A stretch of 46,963 nucleotides of DNA, the filler included, from Catajapyx aquilonaris (Eukaryota): assembly GCA_000934665.2 (NCBI GenBank). It is 2 parts of 2 records of this genome, joined end to end, with 100 filler letters (N's around TTAATTAATTAA, not from the genome) between each part and the next. Parts side by side here need not be neighbours in the genome. Positions count along the whole stretch, not along the records: positions 1 to 23,440 come from JYFJ02005682.1; 1 more part is not named here. One strand, 5' to 3'. This document shows positions 1-9,926 of this stretch, in pieces. The stretch's first letter is position 1; every line of letters starts with the position of its first letter. The translations under genes and the position numbers were made by a program. A model generated the notes under the pieces. That model saw nothing but the letters and a program-made list of their open reading frames with translations. It made no database searches and was not told the origin of the DNA.

Positions 1-26
1 AGTACACTTCAACATCTAGAACAAGT

Positions 27-227
27 TTATTCATCTATATGTACCGCATGGACTTCTTTGCTGCTTCTCTCACTGCAGCCCTTGTGGGATCGTTTTTTAA
101 ATTTTTTGCGGTATGCCTCTCTCTCCCGCTTCTTCTTCGCCTTGTAGACTTTCGGATCTTCGAGTCTCTTTTTCATGCGCCAATCTCTCAATCTTTCGGC
201 GCCTGACTTCGCTTTGGTTTTTGCCAT
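27..227 (-). mobile_element. Basic, charged N-terminal fragment resembling the start of a DNA-transposon ORF (possibly Sola-like), truncated
   Basis: ORF MAKTKAKSGAERLRDWRMKKRLEDPKVYKAKKKREREAYRKK resembles the K/R/E-rich N-termini of some DNA transposases; no catalytic domain visible; family assignment is from memory. Confidence 0.3.
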
Positions 228-374
228 GTCTCAGATCTCACCTTGCTCCGTAAATTCTGTGAACCTCTCTCAGAGCTGCTAATTACATCTGCTCTAGGAT
301 TGGACTGAGGATTAAATCTATAGGGCAGGATTAATCCTGTTTTTCCTGCTCTAGGATTGGACACTCACTGAGTG

Positions 375-740
375 TGTGTTGGTGTGTGTGTGTGTGTTCA
401 TGTCTTCAATAAGGTCTGGGGACATAGGTCTGTGTTTCTACTGAAGCTGTGGGGACTAGTCCGCATTGTGGGGACATTTCTCGGTCCCCACAGTGTGTGA
501 CGTGTGTGTGACACACTGTGTACTATTAGAGTGGGGACATGTGTAAATTAGTGGGGACATGTCCCCACTATTTTCAGTTGTAGTGTTTCACAAAAGTCTA
601 TTTTTCTCAGCCTAGGTTAGTTAGTAAGTGTAGGTTAGGGTAGGTTAGGTTAGTTTACACTCGCTTCGAAAAGTTGAATTTTCACATCCCCACGCCTTAG
701 TGAAGACAAGGCTGGGTGGGTGTGTGTGTGTGTGCGCGCG
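375..740. repeat. Microsatellite-associated non-autonomous element: (TG)n flanks, GGGGAC/GTCCCC motifs, (TAGGT)n tract
   Basis: (GT)n at ~382-398 and ~720-735, repeated ggggac/gtcccc, taggttag repeats 613-653; similar layout (ggac/gtcc, aggttaggttag, (TG)n) at ~27590-27860. Confidence 0.45.
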
Positions 741-1920
741 CATAGTGGAGTGGGTAAGAGGAAGGTGGAATGATGTGTCATGTCATGCAAGAGGATGGTG
801 ATTGGTAAAAGGTGTTGAGTGGGGAATTCCCTCACCCATGCGTACAGTTGTAGGCCTGTATAATATTACTGTATAGATAATCAGACAATTTTCAGCATAA
901 TGTGCCAATATGTACGACTCTACTTCATTTAAACGGGAATAGAGCATATGTTGCACCCCATACCCGTGCCACGTGAGGGGTGTAACGTTACACCCCATAA
1001 CAACTTCCTTATCAATGCTGCCAGAAATTGGTGGCATTCTATGACTTCCAATTCACATGAGACATTGCTCACGGTGTCTAGTCAATGAATATTGAAAACT
1101 AGCACCACTGCCCTAAAACCCACTCATTGCCATAAACTTTTTTATCTATTTCGTTACACCCCACACACCGCGCGGAGTCCACTTTTGATGCCAAGATCAA
1201 TCATTTATGTCGAATGACTGTCCTTCTTTACCAAGGAACGCGGTCATTTCATCCTCGACTTGAGCCCCGTGCAAAGAAAAGTGGATTTATTTTTATTTTA
1301 AGTTCCCATTTAAGCCTGTCAAAGTTCATGTGATTTCATGCACAACTTCGCATTCACAATGTAACACATTCAGGTGCAATTTCTTTTACCAGTTCAGGTT
1401 CTATGTCTAAATATATTTCAGAAGCCGAAATTTGGGTTCTTTTTGATTCCAACGACGTATCACACATTGCCAACAAGTCATTTTCAATTTTTGTCCCAGA
1501 TGTTTACTTTTACGTGGAATTGCTCTTAGGGGTTCAGAAGTTACGGGCCTCTATTCCAAGCACTGACAGAGTAAAGTGAGTGAAAAATCGCAACTTACAC
1601 ACCCTGTAGTTTCACAACCACGTGTCACAGAGAGACAAAATCCCTGTTCCTTATTACATATAACGCCTAGTAGTACCTATGAATTTTGGTCGAAATCGGA
1701 ATAGATTTGTCGGAAAGTGGTCAGGTTGACGTGGAATGCCTCATGTACTCGTACATATCAAATGAAATAGAAACACCAGAAGAATGCGCATATGTCATTT
1801 GTGTCCCTCTGTAATGTAATGAGAAAATCCTGTGTCGCATTCCATCGGTCACATGCTCAGTCACACGTCCAAGTACGATTTAGACCCCCAACAATATATT
1901 AGTGGCGTATTTTTTATACG

Positions 1921-2225
1921 GACTGAAGGGACTATCTGTAAATCTGTGAGTTACGTATCAAAGGGATGTTTTCGTCATAATGTCAAAAAATAATGGGACA
2001 CCCCCACACTGTGAATTTATATTTGCATATGTATTTCTTATGTATCCCAGTTGCTATTATTTTTGGCTCACATAATTGCGACATTATGCATGACGTTAGG
2101 GACTAATATTGTCGCACTATTGTTGTTCTGCGTCTGTCTCACAATATGCTTGCACTTCTTCCTATTAGTCCAGTCAACATCCCATTGCAAATCCTGGCTT
2201 CAAATTCTGAGACACTCCTGTGAAA
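1921..2225. repeat. Segmental repeat: region upstream of type-B GPCR genes, copy without its gene
   Basis: gactgaagggactatctgtaaatctgtgagttacgtatc...ttctgagacactcctgtga matches 14516-14857 (direct) and ~21310-21475 (inverted). Confidence 0.85.
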
Positions 2226-2307
2226 CCCCAACATTATGGCCACTTTTGCATGTATGTCTTCCCATGTTGCCAGCCATGAGTGTCTTAGAAACATCCTGCT
2301 GGTTCAC

Positions 2308-3744
2308 TTACGGAATCCCATTTCCCGGTGAAACAGTAACCTTCCTAAAAGCTCTGTATATCCATGCCCGTGCATCTTTGCAGAACAAAACAACGGCATC
2401 CATGTAGCTCTGGACCCTGAAAGAAATGGAATGAATATATGGGAGACTTTGATATCATATTTTTGCAGTGTACATTATATATGAGATGGAGAAACTTCTC
2501 AAGGATAATATTGTTGAGGTAGGAGTGGAGAAGACTTATACAGTACATCTATCACACACACAAAAGGCTTACCTGTAGATATAAAGGAACACGTTTATTC
2601 CAAAGTAGAGAGAGATGAATGTGTAATATATGTAAGGAGGACTCCAAGGTCCTTCAAAGGTCAATACAAAGATGAGGAAAAACGGAAGTGCAGTATTGGT
2701 GTAAGCAGCTCCCAACAATGTGAGGAGAATTGTCACCCTCTTCTCTCTTTCCTTCAGCTCCTGAAGGGTGTTATCGCCCACATCTCTGCAAATATTGAGA
2801 GGTTTAGTTCTTAATTTTATCAACATGTAGTCACGTGTACATACTTGAAACATTTAAATTGTGACCAGTTTTGACGCAGTTTGATCCAGATGAGAAGGAG
2901 GCAGATCAGAACTATGAACCATGGAAGTATTATAACAATACCGTACGCTGTTTGCTGGCCACCGTAACTCAACATACCACACATACCCTGCTGCCTGCTG
3001 TATCCAAATTCGGAATGAATCTATTGGCATAAAATATATAAATAATATTTTTAAATCCATCGGATATGACATGTGTCAATGTTACTCACACTGGCCGATA
3101 TGGGCACCGCAGCAGACACGACCCAGACCACAACAACGACAGGTATGCTCCCATATGGCTCGAAAGTGACAGCAGCTGCTGCAGGCCACCAGAGTGTCAA
3201 TGTCCTGTGGATCATGAAGACATGATGCTACTATAGGGGTATTTTTCTCTAAGACCTCATTGGGTTATTGTCCTTACCTGCTAAGTGTAGCTGCTGCTAA
3301 GGAATAGGTTGAGGCCACTCCTAGGTAATAGGAGATGAAAACGTATATGTAGCAGAACCTGACTCCTAGTATCCACTTCCGATATAAGTACGCCAATGCT
3401 TCGACTGGAAATACGATGTAGCAGTAGAGACAGTCGGCCAGACTCACGCTGAGAAGGAGGACTGTGATTGTGCTCTTCAGAGGACTTTGATGGTCCCTGG
3501 TCCTCCACCTGGCGTATGGCAATGCGACCAGCACTAGCAAGTTCCCAAATCCTCCGACCACACTCAGGAGGAGCCAGTATGTCGCTGCTATTATCGTGAA
3601 GTATTCAGAATAGTCCGGGAAACAACAGGAAGGAGTATCCTCTTGGGTCAGGCACACCAGAGATGTCTCCTGGTCATCCCTCGAACAAAAGGACGATCTA
3701 TTGAACTCGGCGAGAGAAGTGCTGGCCTCCTCTGAACCAACCAT
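2308..3744 (-). CDS. Class A (rhodopsin-like) GPCR, Tre1/Moody/GPR84-like, copy A1, intact 5-exon model, 359 aa
   Basis: Exons 3744-3278, 3204-3090, 3020-2845, 2785-2573, 2416-2308; all GT-AG, phases compatible, 1080 nt. TM1 GNLLV, TM2 SLADCLYC..P, ECL1 W..G..FC, TM3 end ATLSRT, TM4 VW, ECL2 FGY..GMC, EREKRVT before TM6, TM7 INVFLY. Confidence 0.9.
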
Positions 3745-3907
3745 TGCAAGAGACTAAATGGGTAGAGATATGGATTGTACTGTGATTATGCCAGATGGGA
3801 CTTGATGTGGAGGAATTATTATTCAGCGATAATATCAGCAGGATGTTGTGCGCATGTTATGGCAGAAAACAATGGGACAAACACGGACTATATTCAGAGG
3901 ACTGTGA

Positions 3908-3978
3908 GGGTCCGTGCTCCTCCAGGTGTAGGTCAATGCCACCAGCACTAGCTAGCAAGTTGCCAAATCCTCCAACCG
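3908..3978 (-). pseudogene. Small TM1 fragment of a further GPCR copy (B1), truncated next to a SINE
   Basis: Reverse strand ggttggaggatttggcaacttgctagctagtgctggtggcatt matches the VGGFGNLLVLVA coding sequence of the other copies, with a frameshifting duplication. Confidence 0.7.
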
Positions 3979-4002
3979 TACACGTTGGAACCATTTTCGA
4001 AG

Positions 4003-4234
4003 CGCCTGGGCCCACGGGCAGGATGACAGGAGGGGATGTGCAAAGTGCAGTGCAATGTCGTTGCTAATGTTATTTTGTGAGCTCCCCCGTGTGGATTAGT
4101 CTAGCGGAAATTCCACCCGAGACGAAGGCAGAGATGGCCCAACTCTGCACGAGATAAGGGGGGGAACCCCGGCCTGGGATCGAACCCGGGACCTTAACAT
4201 CCGTGGGCGCATACGTTACCGCAGCGCCACTCCG
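4003..4234 (-). mobile_element. tRNA-derived SINE (family 1)
   Basis: Minus-strand A-box TGGCGCTGCGG and B-box GGTTCGATCCC; body matches copies at ~33043-33240 and 33741-34059. Confidence 0.85.
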
Positions 4235-4351
4235 TTTCCCGTGTTTCATGGCAATAATTAGCACCAATAGAACAGAAATTCAATGTGCTTAATATTGAAG
4301 TTCCTAATTTCAGAAAACGGTTATATGGAGTGGCTCATGGAAAATTAATGG

Positions 4352-4471
4352 GTGGAATTTTCGTCGTACTACTAGTACCGGTAACTATAGTTACTGCTAA
4401 CTTAGCAGTATCATTGCACTACACTGGTACTGCTAAGTTAGAAGTAACTACTAGTATGACGAAAATTCCAC
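4352..4471. mobile_element. Short palindromic element/MITE
   Basis: Ends gtggaattttcgtc...gacgaaaattccac with inner arms agttactgctaacttagcagta / tactgctaagttagaagtaact; second copy at 36777-36881. Confidence 0.75.
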
Positions 4472-4911
4472 AAATTTGTTAGATTTCATGAGTAGTAAAT
4501 TGGTAATTGCTTGAGTAAGACCTGTGGTGCAGTTTAAATCATTTGGTGAAGGTCTTACGTGCGCCTGATGCCTTGTTTCAGTACTTTCATTCCGCCACGG
4601 AGGTCTTACTACCCATTTTTTCACTGAAGGGAATGTTTTTGATCTTATATATTTTGTAATGTCAAACTCATGCATTCAACTCAGGAAAAACCTTTGCCGC
4701 AACCTTCCGCTAATTTCATTTCCTTTAGATTGCCTTGCTGGTTCTCGATAAGATAAATGACAAAAGCACTTTCTTGTCTTCGCATTGGCTTGAAGTGGAT
4801 TTCCATCGAACACTGGTAAGTAGTAATATATGACAGGTTGCAAGCAGAATCAACAGTCCGCTTAGCAGCTTGTTCCGGTTAAAAACAGTGAGTACATAGT
4901 GTCATACTGAT

Positions 4912-5479
4912 GGGAAGGTCACAGGGTGATAATGACGGATCTTGATTACATTTAACATGCAAATACAGGGCAATATATGATACCCAAAAATGAAATATTT
5001 CATGCGGTGGCCTATATTTGCAAAAGTTATGACGTCTTAAAGTTCCAAAAAAACACATTTTCATTGAGTTCATAATGGGATTACATTAGCGACCACATAT
5101 AAGACCACATTGAAGTGTGTAATCAGTTACTACACTTTGTCTCATCGGAAAAAAGTCCTACATAACGGCTCTGTATCTCTTACGGTTTAGACCTTGATAC
5201 CTGTCCACAGACGGACGGACGGACAGAGCCGTTCTGTAGGACTTTTTTCCGATGAGAAAAAGTCCAGAAACTGATTACACACTTCAATGTCATTATATGT
5301 GGTCGCTAATGTAATCCCATTATGAATGAAAATGTATTATTTTTGGAACTTCAAGACGTCATAACTTTTGCAAATATGGGCCTCCGCACGAAATAGTTCA
5401 TTTTTGGGTATCATATATTGTCCTGTATTAGCATGATAAATTTCATCAAGATCCGTCATTATCACCCGGTGACCTTCCC
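4912..5479. mobile_element. Foldback element (~260-bp imperfect inverted arms) with a (GACG)n-containing core
   Basis: gggaaggtcacagggtgataatgacggatcttgat... pairs with ...atcaagatccgtcattatcacccggtgaccttccc; pairing continues inward to ctcatcggaaaaaagtcctaca/tgtaggacttttttccgatgag. Confidence 0.9.
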
Positions 5480-5533
5480 TTGTGAGCATTGTCTGTAGCA
5501 TAATTTTTACACTCAAATTTGCAGGGAATAATC

Positions 5534-8500
5534 ATGGCTACAGCAATGGTGGACCAGAGCCTGGTAGACTTGCACTATGCTGCCGAAAATGGGTCTCTGA
5601 CAACTGTCAAGATGCTGCTGGACAAAGGAGAGGAAGTGGACGCCCGTACCAGGAATGGAGTGACCCCACTGATGGTGGCCTCCAGACGTGGTTGGATTCC
5701 AGTGTGCGAGGAACTGGTCAAGAGGGGGGCAAGGGTCAACCTGGCCTCCACTGACCAGGACAAGACTGCCCTTCACGAAGCATCTGAATTCAACCATCTG
5801 CAGGTGTGTCGCCTTCTTCTGGAGGAAGGGGCAGATCCAATGGTGAAGACCAAGGTGGATGACACCCCTCTGCACACGGCAGCGGAGCATGGAAATGTCC
5901 TCCTGGGGAGGCTTCTCTTGGAGTGGGGGGCAGATCCTGGAGACAAGAATATGGAGAAGATGACGCCTAGAGGGTTGGCAGTGAAGAAGGATCGAACTGA
6001 AATGGTCAAGTTCCTTGTGAACATTGTAGAGGACATGCACATAATGGCGGCTATGGGAAGGGAAGAGGACGTCCAGAATTTGTTGAGGAAAAGTGATGTG
6101 AACAAGAGAAATGGACATGGGGCGACTCCCCTGATGGTAGCTTGTAGGGCCATGAAGGTTGGAATTTGTCGGTCCCTTCTGGATGGGACTAGGCAGGACG
6201 AGGTGGACACGAGGGACTTGGAGGGAAGGACAGCCCTTCACTGGTCTGCCAGGAGTGGTCTGATCCAGACGTGCAGACTCCTCCTGGACAGAGGGGCCTC
6301 CGTGGACACTCGCACCGTCCACACTGGTCACACTCCGCTGCACTTGGCCTGCATGTTTGGCCATCTGGAGATGGCCAGTCTTCTCTTGGTGGACGGAAAC
6401 AGTGACCCCCAGGCCACGGACAAGGATGGGGCCACACCAGCCTCTCTTGCCCTTCTCAAGGGTCATGTACAAGTGCACCGATTCATCATGGATCACTTGC
6501 AGTTAACTCATGCCAGACAGGCCAGGTTAGTACATCCGTTAGTACAGTGCCATGTCACTCATTAAAATCCTTTCTTCAGGGCTGATGTCAACAGTACGAA
6601 GGAAACGACAGTCGTGTCCAGATACATGTCGGACTACAAGCAGGAGTCCATCTTGGGTGAGGGATCCTTTGGGGTTGTGGCCGAGGCGGAATTGAAGCTG
6701 GCAAAGGCACGTTACGCAGTCAAGAGGGTTCCTTTGCCTCAAGACAATCAGTTGAAGGAGGTCATTCTGAGGGAAGTGCAGGCACAGGCTCGACTGGACC
6801 ACGATCACGTTGTGAAGTTCCATCACGCTTGGACTGAGAGCGCTCCGTGTTGGGTCCATAAGGAGTGGGACGCCATGACTGCCACATGCTCTCTCAGGCA
6901 TGGTCCAGAGGCAATGGAGGCCTCAGAGGCCGCATCCGTGTACTTCTCCTCTCCCATGACGGTGACAGGACCAACCACGAACTTCCTCTTCATGCAGCTT
7001 GAACTATGTCAAAAGGAGACACTCGGACACAGGATGGACAGAGGACTGAACCTGTGCAAGTTCGCCAAACTCACCCTCTTCAGACAAATCGCATCCGCAG
7101 TGTGTTACATACACTCCAAAGGGTTGATCCACCGCGATCTGAAACCACACAATATCCTGTTTGACCTGGATGGAAAATATGTGAAGATTGGAGACTTTGG
7201 TCTGTCCACCTCCCTTCTGGCCTGTCCTTCCCACAATCCAGGTCATGGTGACCAGTCCACTTCAGATGACCCATATGAATCAGGAGTCTCCAATCTTCCT
7301 TCACCACCTGAGATGACTGTGGGTGTTGGAACGCGACTGTACTGCTCCCCTGAGCAGATCAGTGGGAGGGTGTATGGTCCGAAGACTGACGTGTACTCCA
7401 TGGGTCTTGTCCTCTTTGAGCTCTTGTCCCTGTTTGGAGAAGACAAGGACAGGAGGACACAAGCCTTCATCGCACTCAGAAATGGGGATCCTCTACCAGA
7501 TGACTTTACGAGCAAGAATGCTGACGAAGCAAGGTTGATACAGAGGATGTTGACACCCGATGCGTCTTCCCGAGTGGTGTCTTCCTACGTGGAGAAACAT
7601 GTTCAGATGTCGCTGGACAGGAAGAAAAAGGTAGGCATGAATGGTGTTATCTGCTGAGCTGATTGGTACTATCTTCCTCTGATTTCAGATGGACACCAAG
7701 GGATACTTTCATGCCTGCAAGAAGGATGTCCTCTCTGAGGTTGAGGACTGGGTTGATGTGAAGGGGGTTGATGTTGTTGGGACAGAGGATTCGTTTAAGC
7801 GAAGAAGTGGGATCCATTACGCTGCTCGGAGGGGTCATTCCCAAGTGGTCCGCTTCCTCTTGGACAGGGGAGGGGAAGTGGACGCACTGAATCGGAGGCA
7901 TGAGACACCCCTGCATCGGGCTGCATTCTGCGGCCATAAGTCGACCGTCCTCCTCCTCTTGGACAGGGGGGCAGATCCGTGGAAAAGAAACGTGGATGGT
8001 AAAACTCCAGGAGAGATGGCAATGGCAGGAGGCTACCACTCGCTCTCTTTGCTTATACAGGAGAAGGACTTCAGAGACGACCTTAGGACCTTAGGGAATG
8101 AACCCAAGTCAGATGGAAGGGTAAATGGTGCTTTCATGCAGTCGTTTTAAACTATTTCTTCTATAAAAAATTGTCTACTCGAATCACACTCGCATGATTT
8201 GCCAATCTTGTTTGCTTTTGTCTTGTTTTCTGAATGGTGTTGTTGTTCCCGTACAGACGAGGTCCATGTTTCTGGACGCGTGTAGGAGAGGCGGATTGGA
8301 TGATGTGAAGAGGCTAGTGGAGGAATGTGGAGGTATGGTGGAGAGGTGGGTTGGAGTGTGGGATAAGCACGGACTGAGTGGTCTGCACCTGGCTGCTATG
8401 GAAGGAAGAGACGGGTTGTTCCCATACCTTCTGGGAGGAGGATGGCCTGTGAACCAGGATGACAATGTGGGAAGAACAGCCCTCCATCTGGCAGCACGGG

Positions 8501-8838
8501 GAGGACACCTTTCGACGTGCATGGTACTGCTTTGGGAAGGGGCAGACGTTGGGGTAAAGAACGAGGATGGTAATCAGCCCATCCACCTTGCATCTCGGGG
8601 AGGCCACATCCAGGTTGTGGACCTACTCCTGAAGGAAGGGGCAGGGCTGGAGGACAAAGGAGACGAGAACTGGACCCCACTCCACTATGCAACAGGGATG
8701 AACCAACTCGAACTGGTTCACTTCCTTCTATCCAAAGGAGCGGACAAGTCGGCCGAGGACGTACATGGGAGGACACCCCTTCATCTGGCAGAGATGATGA
8801 ACTTTGTTCTTGTCGTCACTCTTTTAAAAGGCTTATGA
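5534..8838 (+). CDS. Ankyrin-repeat / eIF2-alpha-kinase-like (PERK-type domain) / ankyrin-repeat protein, 4 coding exons, ~1018 aa
   Basis: Exons 5534-6525, 6580-7630, 7689-8120, 8257-8838; introns GTTAGT..tttcttcAG (54 nt, phase 2), GTAGGC..tttcAG (58 nt, phase 0), GTAAAT..gtacAG (136 nt, phase 0) all preserve frame; 3057 nt. ANK TPLH/TALH repeats; kinase motifs SRYMSDY, LGEGSFG, YAVKRV, LREVQAQARLDHDHVVKFHHAW, FLFMQLELC, HRDLKPHN, KIGDFGL, TVGVGTRLYCSPEQ, TDVYSMGLVLFEL. Confidence 0.88.
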
Positions 8839-9059
8839 CGAATCATAAAATGCTGTAGTCTATCGCAGGCAAATGTTTGTTTTCGTTATGATTTTATTAA
8901 TTTTGATAATTAGTTGGTAGGTTATGCAAGTGGCTCTCTCTGGGATATCTTGGGTCTTTATACCACACACATTGTTCTTGATGATTCACATGAAACAAAC
9001 CTGCCGTAAGAAAGTTTCATTTGTTCAGCTCCCAGTGTGCGAAGTCTGTAATGAGAAGT

Positions 9060-9205
9060 TTCGCTATGCATAGCCTCTTCAGAAGTCCAAATCTAACCCC
9101 GATGGACTCTGTGGAAACACAATCAATGGGCACAGCAGCAGACAAGACCCAGACCACATCAACGACAGGAATGCTCACATATGGCTCGAACGTGATTAGA
9201 GTAGA
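9060..9205 (-). pseudogene. Fragment of a type-A GPCR copy (A2): exon 2 and start of exon 3
   Basis: TFEPYVSIPVVDVVWVLSAAVPI matches exon 2 (TFEPYGSIPVVVVVWVVSAAVPI) of A1; followed by tttccacag and an RFG..LC remnant. Confidence 0.8.
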
Positions 9206-9299
9206 CTTTTTCATGGACTTCCCCTTTTCCCCCTCCCTCCTCCTACCCCCAGACCACCCCCTTCTCATTTAAAAATATATATCCTATCAAGCCCATTTT

Positions 9300-9424
9300 T
9301 TAGACCTTTTCTCGTCCATCGAAAAAAGTCTTATAGCACGGCTCTGTCTGTCTGATACCTGTCCACAGACAGACAGACAGACAGAGCCGTTCTGTAGGAC
9401 TTTTTTTCTTGAAAAAGTCTAAAA
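9300..9424. mobile_element. Core of the 4912-5479 element family, with (GACA)n microsatellite and short inverted arms
   Basis: catcgaaaaaagtcttatagcacggctctgt...gatacctgtccacagacagacagacagacagagccgttctgtaggactttttt matches ~5140-5265 in the same orientation. Confidence 0.8.
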
Positions 9425-9926
9425 GGGATGAGGATCCATCATTTTATTGTCCCTTCTCTTGTGTTGAGATTATTGCGGCCTAATTAAACTAAGGCGTATG
9501 TTTGGATATTGTATCTGTCGTGGGGGATGTACCACAAACAATGGCCAGGTGTGACTTGATGTGGAGGAATTCGTGAGTGATATCAGGCGCGTTTATTACG
9601 TCAGAAAACAATGGGACAGGAACCATGCAGCTTCTGGCATAATTAATTATATGAGGGTTATAAATAAGTTACTTGACGAAATCATATTTCGTAACACCAC
9701 CAGACGGAACGGATCACAAAATCTTTAAAACACCAACCAAGCAACTGATCTGATAGCAATGATTTGGACACCTTTGATATTCATGCTACTTCCAATCAAC
9801 AAACAGTCGCAATGGGACTGTCTATGTCCACTGTTGTCACACGCGACACCAGTTGAGTGCATCTCTTTTCAACAAAACAAGTCAATTACCGGTACGTAGA
9901 GTTCTCGGTTGTATTTTATTATTCCG

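Noticed and set aside
613..653. Interstitial TTAGG telomere
   Set aside because: Short, imperfect and embedded in a repeat with a similar tract at ~27778
4150..4234. Functional tRNA genes here and at 17775 and 33980-34059
   Set aside because: A/B boxes are present but are followed by shared SINE bodies, with a TSD and poly-A in one copy
5513..6496. 327-aa antisense ORF and other overlapping ORFs over the ankyrin/kinase gene
   Set aside because: Shadow frames of GC-rich coding sequence with no recognisable motifs
5519..8838. Four separate genes as implied by the ORF track
   Set aside because: Each ORF's tail begins at a GT donor and the next starts at an in-phase AG; one spliced gene is more parsimonious
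6614..8838. RNase L or IRE1 orthologue
   Set aside because: No KEN ribonuclease domain after the kinase; motifs are eIF2AK-type with an intact DFG
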